A stretch of DNA of 64,000 bases from Treponemataceae bacterium (lineage in GTDB: Bacteria; Spirochaetota; Spirochaetia; Treponematales; Rectinemataceae). A program made the position numbers and the translations under genes. This document shows positions 19,612 through 28,931 of this stretch, one piece after another. The notes beneath the pieces were generated by a model that worked only from the letters and a program-made list of their open reading frames with translations, searched no databases and was not told the origin of the DNA. The stretch's first letter is position 1. Every line of letters starts with the position of its first letter. The stretch lies in contig CAXXHO010000003.1 in the NCBI GenBank assembly GCA_963667725.2, positions 1,504,001-1,568,000 on the forward strand, given 5' to 3'.

Positions 19612-22600
19612 TCACTGATTCTTTATCAGGACGAACTCCACGCGCCTGTTCTTCCATCGATTCTCCACATCGGAGAAACTCACCACCGGTCTGCGCGATC
19701 CCAATCCCTCGACGCTCAGTCTTCGCGCGTCCACCCCGTTCTGAATGAGCATGGCGCGCACCAGCTCCGCTCTGCCGGTGGACAGGGGGATGAGTTCCTT
19801 GGTTTCTTCGCTGTCAATTCTCGACTGCGAATAGCCGAGCATCTTGCCCACGTTGTTGGCGTGACCTTCGGTGAGAATCCTGTAGTCGGGGAACTTGTTC
19901 AGGATCTGGGCAACCCTCGCGATAACTTTCTCGTTATTGGCGATGATATCCTGGGACAGCCCGACAAAATCGGCGTAATTAGCCCTGAACACTATCGAGG
20001 GAATCTTTATCTTGAGCTTGTCGCCGTCGCGGATCACAAGCACGTCCACGGCTATGACGCCGGACACTGTCGTGGTGTTGCCCAACGCGTCGCGGGCCAC
20101 GAACTTGAATGGATAATCGCTGGCGGATTCCACCAGTTCGCCGCGCGGCGACTTGCCGTCCCAGACGATCTTGGCGGGAGGTTTCCCCTTCCCGTTCCAT
20201 TCCGTGAAGAGCCTCTCCGAACTGACGGCGTTGGGATTGCTCGACTCGACGATGGCGGTCTCGAAGACTTCAAGCTTCCAGTCAACGATTCCGGCCGCGC
20301 CATCGACATCGATGCCGAAGGTTAGGCGATCGCCGGCTCCATCTCCGTCGGGGCTGAAATATTCGGGATCGACGCTGATAGTGACCGAGGGCGGGTCGAC
20401 ATCGACGAGCACCGGAGCGCTCGAAGCCTGGGCCACGTCTCCCTTGGAATAGTTCACCACCAATTTGCCGATGTAATCGCCCTGGACGACCTGTCCCTGC
20501 AAGTCGCGCCCATCCCACACGAGACGCGAGGGCACATCGGAACCCGAGCCGCCGAAGAAGCTCTTTTCCTCGCCCTTCTTGTCGATAAGGGCAAAGCGCC
20601 ACGACTCGATGCCGTCCCTTTGCTCGACGACGATCGTGAAGGATACCTCATCACGTATGCCGTCGCCATTGGGCGACATGCCAGTGTCGGAAGTAGTCAC
20701 GTAGACCTTGGGCTTCGTTCCATCGACCCTTATGCCGGCAATCTTCGCCGAAGCGGCGTTGCCTGCCAGATCGGTGGCTCCCACTTCATAGCTGTAAACG
20801 CCATCGCGCACAACGGCGCCGGAAGCGTTCTTGCCATCCCATACGAAGCTCTTCGCCTCGGATTTCCATGACCAAGTCCTGATGATGGCGCCGGAAGCAT
20901 CCCTGACGCGGCCATTCCAATCATCGCCCACCGAAGAATTCTGGGTGAATGTTACCGTATCCTTGTTGCCGTCGCCGTTGGGCGAGAAGAGAAGAGGAGC
21001 GGCCGAAGCCGAAATTGTCGGTCCCACCGTATCCACAAGAATGGAGGGGCTCGACAGAGAGAACGCGTCGTCGTTGTTATACAGAAGCCTCAGGGCAACC
21101 TGATACTTGCCGTCGGGCACCAGTATGCCGGAGTCGGTCCTGCCATCCCAGGCATATTGATCCTTCATGTCAGTTGAACCTCTCCAGGCCTTGACGGGAT
21201 TCGCCTGGCGGTTTCCAGCCGCGTCTAGGGCATGAACCGCTATCTCATATTCCCTGATAGTCTGGGGTTTCGGCGCCTGAATATTCATGTACAGGACGTC
21301 TTTCACGCTGTCCCCATTCGGGCTGAAAGCCTTCTGGTCGACATCGAAGCGCACCGTTTTTTTAGCCGCGTCCACTTCAATGGGAAGCCGCTGGGAGACA
21401 AAGCTGTTTTCGGCCTGGTCTATCGAGCGGAGTTCGTAATAGTACATGCCATCGGGTACGGCGGCTCCCGTCTGGTTTTTGCCGTCCCATACGATGGAAT
21501 CGAGCTGCTTGTCCCAGGACCAATAGCGGACGATCTTCTCGCCGGAAGAGATAATCTGCCCCTGCCAGGCATCGCCGGGAACCGACTCCTGGGCGATATC
21601 GACGCTGTCCGATCTTCCGTCGCCGTTCGGCGAGAAGATATTGGCGGACAGGCGCAATGTCGCCTGAGGCGCGATCCTGTCCACGACGAAAGGACCGACT
21701 TCGCTGGCCAGATTGTCGTCATTCCTATAGAGAACGGTGAGGCGGGCGCGATAAATGCCGTCGGGGGCCGGCAATCCGGAATCCGTCACTCCGTCCCAGA
21801 GATACTGGCTCCTGAAATCGGTAGAACCTCTCCAGCTCTTCACGGGCAGATTGGAGGCGCCCGAGCCTTCCTGCATGATGAGAAGCTCATAACTCTTGAT
21901 TCTATCCGGATACTGGGCGCTGGCTCCGAAGAGTATGCTGTCTTTCTTGCCGTCGCCGTTGGGGCTGAAGGCAAGCGTATTGGCGTCCAGTCTCACCGCC
22001 TTTTTCTCCGATTCGACGGTGATGGTGATGCCGGGGCTCACCGTCCTGTTGCCGGCGTTATCCACCGACTCCGCTACATATCGGTATTTACCGTCGCGCA
22101 CGACGGTACCGGTCTCGTCCTTGCCGTTCCAGGAGAAGCTCCGTACCTCGTCCTGCCATGAATAGCTCTTCACCACTTTTCCGTCGGCCGCGACGATGCT
22201 GCCGACCCAATTGTCGCCCGCAAGCGAATTCTGGGTAATCTCAACGCTGTCGGACCTGCCGTCGTTGTTGGGGGAGATGATATCAGGCGTCGCGCTCACG
22301 TTGATTCTCGGCATTATTCTGTCGAGAAGAATGGTCGGCGCCGAAGCCTCGATCTCATCGCCATTGAGATAATTCACGGTGATGCTCGCCGCGTATCGGC
22401 CATCGGGAGCCTGGACACCGGAATCGGTTTCGCCCTTCCATGTCGCGCTCTGAGGCACCGAACCGCCCTTCCACACCCTCACCGCATTCATGGCCATGGG
22501 GCCTTCCTGGGCGACAATTCGCAGTTCGTAGCTCTTCACGCGTTCGGGAGCCTGGACAAATACGCTCATGCCGAGATCGTCGCGGAAACCGTCGCCGTTC

Positions 22601-25600
22601 GGGCTGAAGCTCCGCTGCTCTATGCTCAATCGAACTGCTTTCTTTTCCGTTTCCACGCTGACAGGAAGCTTGCCGGAAGAATAACTGTTGCCGCCTGAGT
22701 CGGAAGAAACAAGCTCATAGAGGTAACTGCCATCGGGTACAATGCTTCCGGTACTGTCTTTTCCGTCCCAGACGAGGGTTTCGAGCTTTTCGTTCCACGA
22801 CCAGCTGTTGATGACCTCTCCCTTGCCGGTGCTCACCGTTCCCTTAAACACATCGCCCGATGTGCCTTCCTGCGAGAAGGTGATGGTATCGAGGACTCCG
22901 TCGCCATTGGGGGAGAAGAGCCGGACTGAAGCGTTCACGCTTGCGCGCGGGGGAATCCTGTCGACGGAGAAAGGACCGACTTTGGTTTCGGCCTTGTCGC
23001 CGTTGGGATAGGCAACGTTAAGATAGGCGACATAGGCGCCGTCGGGAGCCGCGATTCCGGAATCGGAGAGGCCATTCCAATTAAAGCTCTGGGGAAGGAC
23101 AAGCCCTCCCTGCCACGATTTCACGGCCTTTCTGCCAGCGGACGAAGGATCGGTCCCGCCGGCCTCGGCCTGGACGATCCAGAGGTTCCAGCCGGTCAGC
23201 TTCGTGCCTGACGTCGCGTCGGAACTTAAGGTCAGGGTATCCTTGACCCCGTCGCCATTCGGGCTGAAACAGAGGCTGTCAGCCGCCAGTTTGAGTTCCT
23301 TCTTCAGCGTATCCACTTCCAGGGAAATTTCGCGCGAAGCGAAACTGTTTCCCGCCTTATCCAGGGCCTCTACGACATATTTATAGGCGCCGTCGGGAAC
23401 TATCAATCCCGAATCTCCCTTGCCGTCCCAGGTCAATGAGGGCAATTCGCCGGCGAAGGTCCATTTCTTTACGGGATTTCCCTTGGCATCCAGCACCTTG
23501 GCCGTCCAAAGGTCTTCATTCGTTCCAGACTGATCTATGGCGATCTTGGATTGTTCAGGATTTCCCGCTGGGTTGAAGGAAGCCTTATCGGCCTTTACCT
23601 GGGCTTTGGGATAGGTCCTGTCGAGGAGTATTTCCGCGCTTGAGATTTTCGCCACGAATCCGTTTATATAGACAAGCTCCAGCTCTGCCTTATATCGTCC
23701 TTCGGCGAGAGCCTTGCCCTCTTTATCCTTGCCTTCGAAGACATAGGCATCGGCCAGGACGTCGCCCGCATCGCTGCCGAAGGACAATCCCGCCTTGCCT
23801 GCCTGTCCGAGGCTCGCTATCGCGAATTTCCAGGAGACAAGCCCGTCTTTCGTCTCGATTTCCGGCGTCAGCGTTACATTCTCGGCGATTCCGTCGTTAT
23901 TGGGGCTGAAGGCTTCGCGATTCAGATTGATCGCGACAGCTGGTTTTTTCGTATCCACACGTACGCGGTTGGAGGTCGTGGCGAAGCTGTTGCCCGCCTT
24001 GTCCATCGCGAAAACATAGACTTCATACTCTCCATCGGTCACGATCCCGCCCTTGTCGTCGCGCCCGTTCCATTCGAGAGCCTCAGGCAGGACCTGCGGA
24101 TAGTGTCTAACTACTTTCTCGCTTTTCTGCGCGTCGCGAATGACGAGGTTCCAGGTTTCTTCCTCTGAACTCTTGAACGAGAAGATATATTTATCCCTGC
24201 TGTCGTCGCCGTCCGGACTGAAAACAGTATTCTCGTCGGTGAGCGCTATCGATGCCGAAGGCGGCGTCCTGTCCATATAGAAGGGCGCGGAAAGCTTCTG
24301 CGGCGTATATCCGTTCGCGTAGCGCAGTTCGACGCCGGCCTCGAACTGGCCGTCGGCGAGGGTTTCACCCTTGGAAGACAGTCCTGAGAAGAGATAGGAT
24401 TGTTCGGGGCGGGTATCTGCGCCGCCTTGAACCGTCCAGACTTCCTTTCTTTCAGGGTCGAGGACAAAGACTTTCCAGGATTCAAGACCCTGGAATGATT
24501 CGATGGATGTCGTTATATGGAGCGAATCGCGGATGCCGTCGCCGTTCGGGCTCATCACCGATTCGTCCGTCGCGATAGTCACCGCTGGCCTTGTCGTATC
24601 GATCGTAATATTCCGAACTTCGCTGACAGCCTTGTTGCCCGCCTCATCCTCTGCCGAAAGCTTCAGGCTGTAGGTGCCGTCGGGGGCTCGCTTGCCGTCA
24701 GCCGCGGTGCCGTCCCAGGTAAAATCGCCCGGGGCGCTGTCCTTGTATTCATATGCCCTTATTACCTTGCCCGAAGCATCGGCTATATCGATAGTCCAGG
24801 TTTTTTCCGGAGATCCGGCATTCCTGAAGGCGAGATTATCCTTGCTTCCGTCTCCGTCGGGGCTGAACAACATCGACGGCTCGAGCGGCCAGACATTGGC
24901 CTGCGGTTTTTTCGCGTCCACGACAACCGTTATGCAGCTCTGATAGTCGAGATTGTAGTTGCCGTTGTCATCCCACGAGACGAGACTCACCGTGTACGCG
25001 TCATCGAGAACCTTCATTCCCAGATCGTCGCGGCCATCCCATACGATGGACTGGGGGACATCGACATTTTTTTTCGTGTAGACGAGAGCGTCCCCGAGCA
25101 CCCCGATTCCGCTTACCGTTTCCACCCTGTCGTTGGACGTGCCGAGGGTCTTGATGATCTTGCCCGAGGATTTGTCCTCCACGGTCATCTTCCATCCGGC
25201 GATATAGCGCTCATCGGAAATTTTTACGGGAATCTCCAGGGTATCCTGCTTGCCGTCGCCGTCGGGGGAGATATACGCGGTGCCGCGGAACGGAACGGGC
25301 AGCTCGGCTTCGATCACGGGAGCCGTTTTATCTTTTATGCCAAAACTCAGGTTGAACCCCGCCCCCATCGCGTAGAGGGAATCGTAGAGAGGAGCGATGG
25401 CCACGGACGTGCTGACGGAAGCATCTTTATGAGACTGTTTGCCGAGGGTGAACCCTTTGCCGAGCGGAATTGTTCCGGAAATGCCGAGCGATGGCAGGAA
25501 GCTTCTGCCCGACCCGGCTATGGTATCACGCATGCCGATGGACCAGCCGAGGCGCAGGGAAACATATTCTCTGAATCCGAAGCCGACGGAAACGTCGGCC

Positions 25601-26343
25601 CCAAGATCCTGGAAGGATGGACTCCATAGATCCAGCGCCACATCGAGATTCCAGTTGTAGGATTGGAGAAGATAGCTTCTCATGCCGAGGCCTAGGGTAA
25701 AAGCCGAAGGATAGGAGCTGGCGGCGCCCCCGAAAATCCCCGTCAACGGCACCGTGGAATAGCCTTTACCGATATCGAGGATGGATAAGCCGAATCGCGT
25801 ATCTTTCAGGAACCCAAGATTCCCAGCAAACCATGTTGCGCCGAGATCGAGCCCTATGCCCCAGCCAAAATTGGCGTTCCCGCCGAGGGTGATATCGATG
25901 GCGCTTCCAATATAAAGCGTAGAAAGAAGATCCTTGGAAAAATTAACCCTGAGGCTGCCGAAAGTGCCCAGATCCATGTCCGTCATGGCCGCGGGAACCG
26001 AGAAAAAACTCGCGCTGCCGCCCCACACGCCATAAGGCACCGGTATCGAAAAGGAAAGGGCCGCGCCTGAGCCCCAGCCCTGGGCAGCGGTCCCGAAATC
26101 GGTGACTCCGGTGTACCCCGCTTCGATCTGGGTGAGCTGGCTCCCCCCCGTCGCCGAAGGGTTCAGCTGTGTGGCCCAGGGCGAAGCCGGGCCGGTGACC
26201 GTAGGCGTCGAAGCCAGCCCCCAGGGGGAATAAAGGGAGCGCAGGAAAAAAGCGCCTTGGGGAGGGTCATATCCGAAGATGAATACATTGCATGCTATTG
26301 CAAGGATGAATGCTGCGGTCAGGGTTTTCTTCATAAAGGACAT
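19612..26343 (-). CDS. 2243-aa envelope protein: probable N-terminal beta-barrel, 16 FlgD-Ig/CHU_C-like repeats, C-terminal OmpA-like domain
   Basis: Signal peptide, then about 310 aa of amphipathic Gly/aromatic strands. 16 copies of FSP(N/D)GDG..D...WDG.....DG.Y. C-terminal EGHAN...LSTGRA...GLGSRRP...NRRVEF. Confidence 0.88.
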   Translation of the reverse strand: MSFMKKTLTAAFILAIACNVFIFGYDPPQGAFFLRSLYSPWGLASTPTVTGPASPWATQLNPSATGGSQLTQIEAGYTGVTDFGTAAQGWGSGAALSFSIPVPYGVWGGSASFFSVPAAMTDMDLGTFGSLRVNFSKDLLSTLYIGSAIDITLGGNANFGWGIGLDLGATWFAGNLGFLKDTRFGLSILDIGKGYSTVPLTGIFGGAASSYPSAFTLGLGMRSYLLQSYNWNLDVALDLWSPSFQDLGADVSVGFGFREYVSLRLGWSIGMRDTIAGSGRSFLPSLGISGTIPLGKGFTLGKQSHKDASVSTSVAIAPLYDSLYAMGAGFNLSFGIKDKTAPVIEAELPVPFRGTAYISPDGDGKQDTLEIPVKISDERYIAGWKMTVEDKSSGKIIKTLGTSNDRVETVSGIGVLGDALVYTKKNVDVPQSIVWDGRDDLGMKVLDDAYTVSLVSWDDNGNYNLDYQSCITVVVDAKKPQANVWPLEPSMLFSPDGDGSKDNLAFRNAGSPEKTWTIDIADASGKVIRAYEYKDSAPGDFTWDGTAADGKRAPDGTYSLKLSAEDEAGNKAVSEVRNITIDTTRPAVTIATDESVMSPNGDGIRDSLHITTSIESFQGLESWKVFVLDPERKEVWTVQGGADTRPEQSYLFSGLSSKGETLADGQFEAGVELRYANGYTPQKLSAPFYMDRTPPSASIALTDENTVFSPDGDDSRDKYIFSFKSSEEETWNLVIRDAQKSEKVVRHYPQVLPEALEWNGRDDKGGIVTDGEYEVYVFAMDKAGNSFATTSNRVRVDTKKPAVAINLNREAFSPNNDGIAENVTLTPEIETKDGLVSWKFAIASLGQAGKAGLSFGSDAGDVLADAYVFEGKDKEGKALAEGRYKAELELVYINGFVAKISSAEILLDRTYPKAQVKADKASFNPAGNPEQSKIAIDQSGTNEDLWTAKVLDAKGNPVKKWTFAGELPSLTWDGKGDSGLIVPDGAYKYVVEALDKAGNSFASREISLEVDTLKKELKLAADSLCFSPNGDGVKDTLTLSSDATSGTKLTGWNLWIVQAEAGGTDPSSAGRKAVKSWQGGLVLPQSFNWNGLSDSGIAAPDGAYVAYLNVAYPNGDKAETKVGPFSVDRIPPRASVNASVRLFSPNGDGVLDTITFSQEGTSGDVFKGTVSTGKGEVINSWSWNEKLETLVWDGKDSTGSIVPDGSYLYELVSSDSGGNSYSSGKLPVSVETEKKAVRLSIEQRSFSPNGDGFRDDLGMSVFVQAPERVKSYELRIVAQEGPMAMNAVRVWKGGSVPQSATWKGETDSGVQAPDGRYAASITVNYLNGDEIEASAPTILLDRIMPRINVSATPDIISPNNDGRSDSVEITQNSLAGDNWVGSIVAADGKVVKSYSWQDEVRSFSWNGKDETGTVVRDGKYRYVAESVDNAGNRTVSPGITITVESEKKAVRLDANTLAFSPNGDGKKDSILFGASAQYPDRIKSYELLIMQEGSGASNLPVKSWRGSTDFRSQYLWDGVTDSGLPAPDGIYRARLTVLYRNDDNLASEVGPFVVDRIAPQATLRLSANIFSPNGDGRSDSVDIAQESVPGDAWQGQIISSGEKIVRYWSWDKQLDSIVWDGKNQTGAAVPDGMYYYELRSIDQAENSFVSQRLPIEVDAAKKTVRFDVDQKAFSPNGDSVKDVLYMNIQAPKPQTIREYEIAVHALDAAGNRQANPVKAWRGSTDMKDQYAWDGRTDSGILVPDGKYQVALRLLYNNDDAFSLSSPSILVDTVGPTISASAAPLLFSPNGDGNKDTVTFTQNSSVGDDWNGRVRDASGAIIRTWSWKSEAKSFVWDGKNASGAVVRDGVYSYEVGATDLAGNAASAKIAGIRVDGTKPKVYVTTSDTGMSPNGDGIRDEVSFTIVVEQRDGIESWRFALIDKKGEEKSFFGGSGSDVPSRLVWDGRDLQGQVVQGDYIGKLVVNYSKGDVAQASSAPVLVDVDPPSVTISVDPEYFSPDGDGAGDRLTFGIDVDGAAGIVDWKLEVFETAIVESSNPNAVSSERLFTEWNGKGKPPAKIVWDGKSPRGELVESASDYPFKFVARDALGNTTTVSGVIAVDVLVIRDGDKLKIKIPSIVFRANYADFVGLSQDIIANNEKVIARVAQILNKFPDYRILTEGHANNVGKMLGYSQSRIDSEETKELIPLSTGRAELVRAMLIQNGVDARRLSVEGLGSRRPVVSFSDVENRWKNRRVEFVLIKNQ

Positions 26344-26564
26344 GGGTCTTCTCCCTCTTATTGCGACAATGAGCTAACAAGATAGCTACCACAATTACCC
26401 GAAAAAAACAAAGCCGCCGAAACGACTTCATCTCTCTTCGAAATGTGGGAACCATCTGTCCCATTATATGTTTTTCGACAACTTATCCCCTCGGGACAAG
26501 CCTCAAGTTTAGAATAGGATCATTCTATCATGATTCGAGAGGAATTGACCCGGAATTTACGTGG

Positions 26565-27542
26565 CTATTGATAGATTATAAGGCCAGGACGGGGGTCGAG
26601 AGCCATCACCTCGGCGGGGGATAGGAGGGGATTATCCCAGCCTGCCAACGGGAATTCCGATTTAAAGAAAAGCTTGAACCCCTTCACGGGCATGTTCTCC
26701 GCCTTGGCGATGAGAGAGTATGTGCTTCTTTTGAGCGAGGGGCTGCCGAAACCATCGGCGGTATGAACAAGGACGACGCGATCGAGACCGGCTATGACCC
26801 TCTCCCTGTTCGAGATCATCTTCTCATGGAATTGGTGGACCACAAGCATCCTGATGCCGGGAATATTGTTGGCTATTATGTACTCCTGCATGATTCGTTG
26901 AGCCTGATTCAGTTCCTCGGCGGTGATGGAACCGATCTCCTTCATTGGAATGAGCGTTCTCCATTCGGGATCTATGGCGAGATGTACGTTGGGATACTTG
27001 AGGAAGGGAAGAATCTTCTCCATGGATTCCTTGACCGTATATTTGCCGATCTGATGGTCAACGAACACGATCATGCCCTTGGATTGGGCATAGTTGATGT
27101 ATTCCTCCAGGATGGAATCCTTGAGATAGCCGATATCCCCGCCCGGCCAGCAGGTGCCGTAAATTATGTAATAGGCGGGAACGATTCCGTCGGAGCCGTT
27201 TACCTCGTCGTAATAGCCGGCATAGGTCTTCACCCTTTGGGCGATTTCTTCCTTGGAGTAGAGCCCCAGGATGCCCATTTTCCTGGAATTGGGGTGGCCG
27301 TAGAAGGCGACCACCGTGTTATTCGCGAGCATGGGAACCCGGTCGGCCAGCGTGCCCGCCCCGCCCTGCAGCGAGGGTTTCGACACCGTCTGAGGCAGGG
27401 AAAACTGAAAAGCCTTTCTGTATAAGGTTGGGAACAGTCGATACGGCGCGTTGTCCGTGGAAGCGACATCGATGATCAGGACAAAGATGAAGAGAAAAAA
27501 CAGGCCAATTCTTTTCACGGACATTGATGCTCCCAATCCCAT
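26565..27542 (-). CDS. Exported hypothetical protein, possibly glycoside-hydrolase-like
   Basis: N-terminal hydrophobic segment. Blocks VAFYGHP, LAIDPEW, LVVHQF, ADGFG, GFKLF. Start is uncertain. Confidence 0.6.
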   Translation of the reverse strand: MGLGASMSVKRIGLFFLFIFVLIIDVASTDNAPYRLFPTLYRKAFQFSLPQTVSKPSLQGGAGTLADRVPMLANNTVVAFYGHPNSRKMGILGLYSKEEIAQRVKTYAGYYDEVNGSDGIVPAYYIIYGTCWPGGDIGYLKDSILEEYINYAQSKGMIVFVDHQIGKYTVKESMEKILPFLKYPNVHLAIDPEWRTLIPMKEIGSITAEELNQAQRIMQEYIIANNIPGIRMLVVHQFHEKMISNRERVIAGLDRVVLVHTADGFGSPSLKRSTYSLIAKAENMPVKGFKLFFKSEFPLAGWDNPLLSPAEVMALDPRPGLIIYQ

Positions 27543-27798
27543 TCAACTGAGGTTCTAGTCATGTATCGTCACGATCGGCGCATTTCTTGACCGATACGCT
27601 ATAAAATAGCATCGAGCGGCCGATCGAGAATCGTGGAGGGCTATCGGGGAATTTTTTGCTCGGACGGGGAACATTTTTCCGTATGACCGGAAAATTCATA
27701 ATAAAAGCCTAGGTTAAATAAACTGACTAATTTAATAAATATTTTATATTTATATTTATTATATATATTTATAAGTTTTTTATTTTTATTTATTTATT

Positions 27799-27814
27799 TG
27801 GCACGAATTCTGCT
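27799..27814 (+). promoter_or_regulatory. sigma54 (-24/-12) promoter
   Basis: TGGCACGAATTCTGCT versus consensus TGGCAC-N5-TTGCW (one mismatch, GG/GC spacing exact). Preceded by an extremely AT-rich tract. Confidence 0.75.
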
Positions 27815-27923
27815 TAATAATATGTGTCCATGAAAATGGATACGGCGGGATCCGGAAGCCCAGGCTTTACAGCAAAGCAGGCGCCGGCCCCAACCGAAAA
27901 TATTTCTTTTTAAGGAGCTTACT

Positions 27924-28448
27924 ATGAAAAAAGCACTTATCGCCGTAGCGATTGCTTTCCTCGTCATCGGTGCCGCATCGGCGCAGCCTTTCGCCCAGCA
28001 GAGCCGCCCCTGGTTTGGCCAGCAGGGAATGGGACAGATGAACGTACCCAGTTATGGCCGCGGCTACAATCTTCCCGCACAGAACACCATCGTTCTCGAA
28101 AAAATCACGCTTGAAGGCAACCTCGAACTCGTCGATTCCCGCGTGGCGATCAAGAAAGACAATAAGACCTATTTCGTGATGATCCCCAATCGCCTCTACG
28201 GCTTCGTCGATGGACTCAAGGAAGGCGCTAGCGTGAAGATCGAAGGATCTTCCCACGAGATCGTCGGCGTGAAAGACAGCTTCGCGGTTCGTGCCGAGAC
28301 CCTGACCCTCAACGGCAAGACGATCGACCTCGGCGCGACCGCAGGAACCTTCGGCGGCCGTGGCGCGATGGGCGGCGGAATGATGGGCGGCAGCGCTTGG
28401 GGCGGACAGAGACCGCAGGGTGGCAGAATGGGCTATTGGGGCCGCTGA
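27924..28448 (+). CDS. Secreted protein with Gly/Met/Gln-rich termini and a small beta domain
   Basis: AAGGAG RBS, signal peptide MKKALIAVAIAFLVIGAASA, C-terminal GGRGAMGGGMMGG. Confidence 0.85.
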   Translation: MKKALIAVAIAFLVIGAASAQPFAQQSRPWFGQQGMGQMNVPSYGRGYNLPAQNTIVLEKITLEGNLELVDSRVAIKKDNKTYFVMIPNRLYGFVDGLKEGASVKIEGSSHEIVGVKDSFAVRAETLTLNGKTIDLGATAGTFGGRGAMGGGMMGGSAWGGQRPQGGRMGYWGR

Positions 28449-28476
28449 ACCTGAGCGCCATTCCCAGCTTTGAATG

Positions 28477-28516
28477 AATGAGGCGGCCGCACCGATCGGT
28501 GCGGCCGCCTCATTTT
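28477..28516 (+). terminator. Intrinsic terminator
   Basis: aatgaggcggccgcaccg / cggtgcggccgcctcatt plus a T tract. Confidence 0.8.
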
Positions 28517-28548
28517 ATGCATCCCACACAGCAAAAGCGCCATATAAT

Positions 28549-28586
28549 AGAACAGCCGTCCACGATGATTCGTGGACGGCTGTTCT
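28549..28586. terminator. Second stem-loop, likely the rpmB terminator
   Basis: agaacagccgtccacga / tcgtggacggctgttct. Confidence 0.7.
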
Positions 28587-28651
28587 TCTTCTAAAAGGTT
28601 ATCCTCAGCGGCAATCGATCAATGTTGAAAAGCTCTTCGCAAGAACGGTTA

Positions 28652-28843
28652 TCAGACGTACTTGACGACTTTGCCGGCCTTGAGACACTTCGCGCAGATT
28701 TTTACTGTCTTGACCGTTCCCTCGACCTTGGTCTTCACCTGGATGAGGTTGGGCAGCCAAGCTCTTCTGGTACGATTCTTCGCGTGGGAAACGTTATTGC
28801 CATACATAGGGCCTTTACCGCAAACTTCGCATACTCTCGACAT
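28652..28843 (-). CDS. rpmB: 50S ribosomal protein L28 (zinc-ribbon form)
   Basis: [33 protein letters not shown]...CAKCLK. Confidence 0.97.
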   Translation of the reverse strand: MSRVCEVCGKGPMYGNNVSHAKNRTRRAWLPNLIQVKTKVEGTVKTVKICAKCLKAGKVVKYV

Positions 28844-28931
28844 AGTTGGACTCCAAACGGAATAGTTCAGGTACTTTACCGGAAATGAACAGGAATGTAA
28901 AGCCCCATAGATAGCCGGCCATCGCCACTAT

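Noticed and set aside
27690..27800. AT-rich islands as a replication origin or foreign DNA
   Set aside because: No DnaA-box cluster, dnaA or mobility genes were seen. The islands are short and sit directly upstream of promoters.
27855..27885. CAGG...AGCAG resembling SRP RNA helix 8, close to ffh
   Set aside because: There are 11 nt between the motifs and no 3-bp stem with a GNRA/URRC tetraloop, so it does not fit the SRP consensus.
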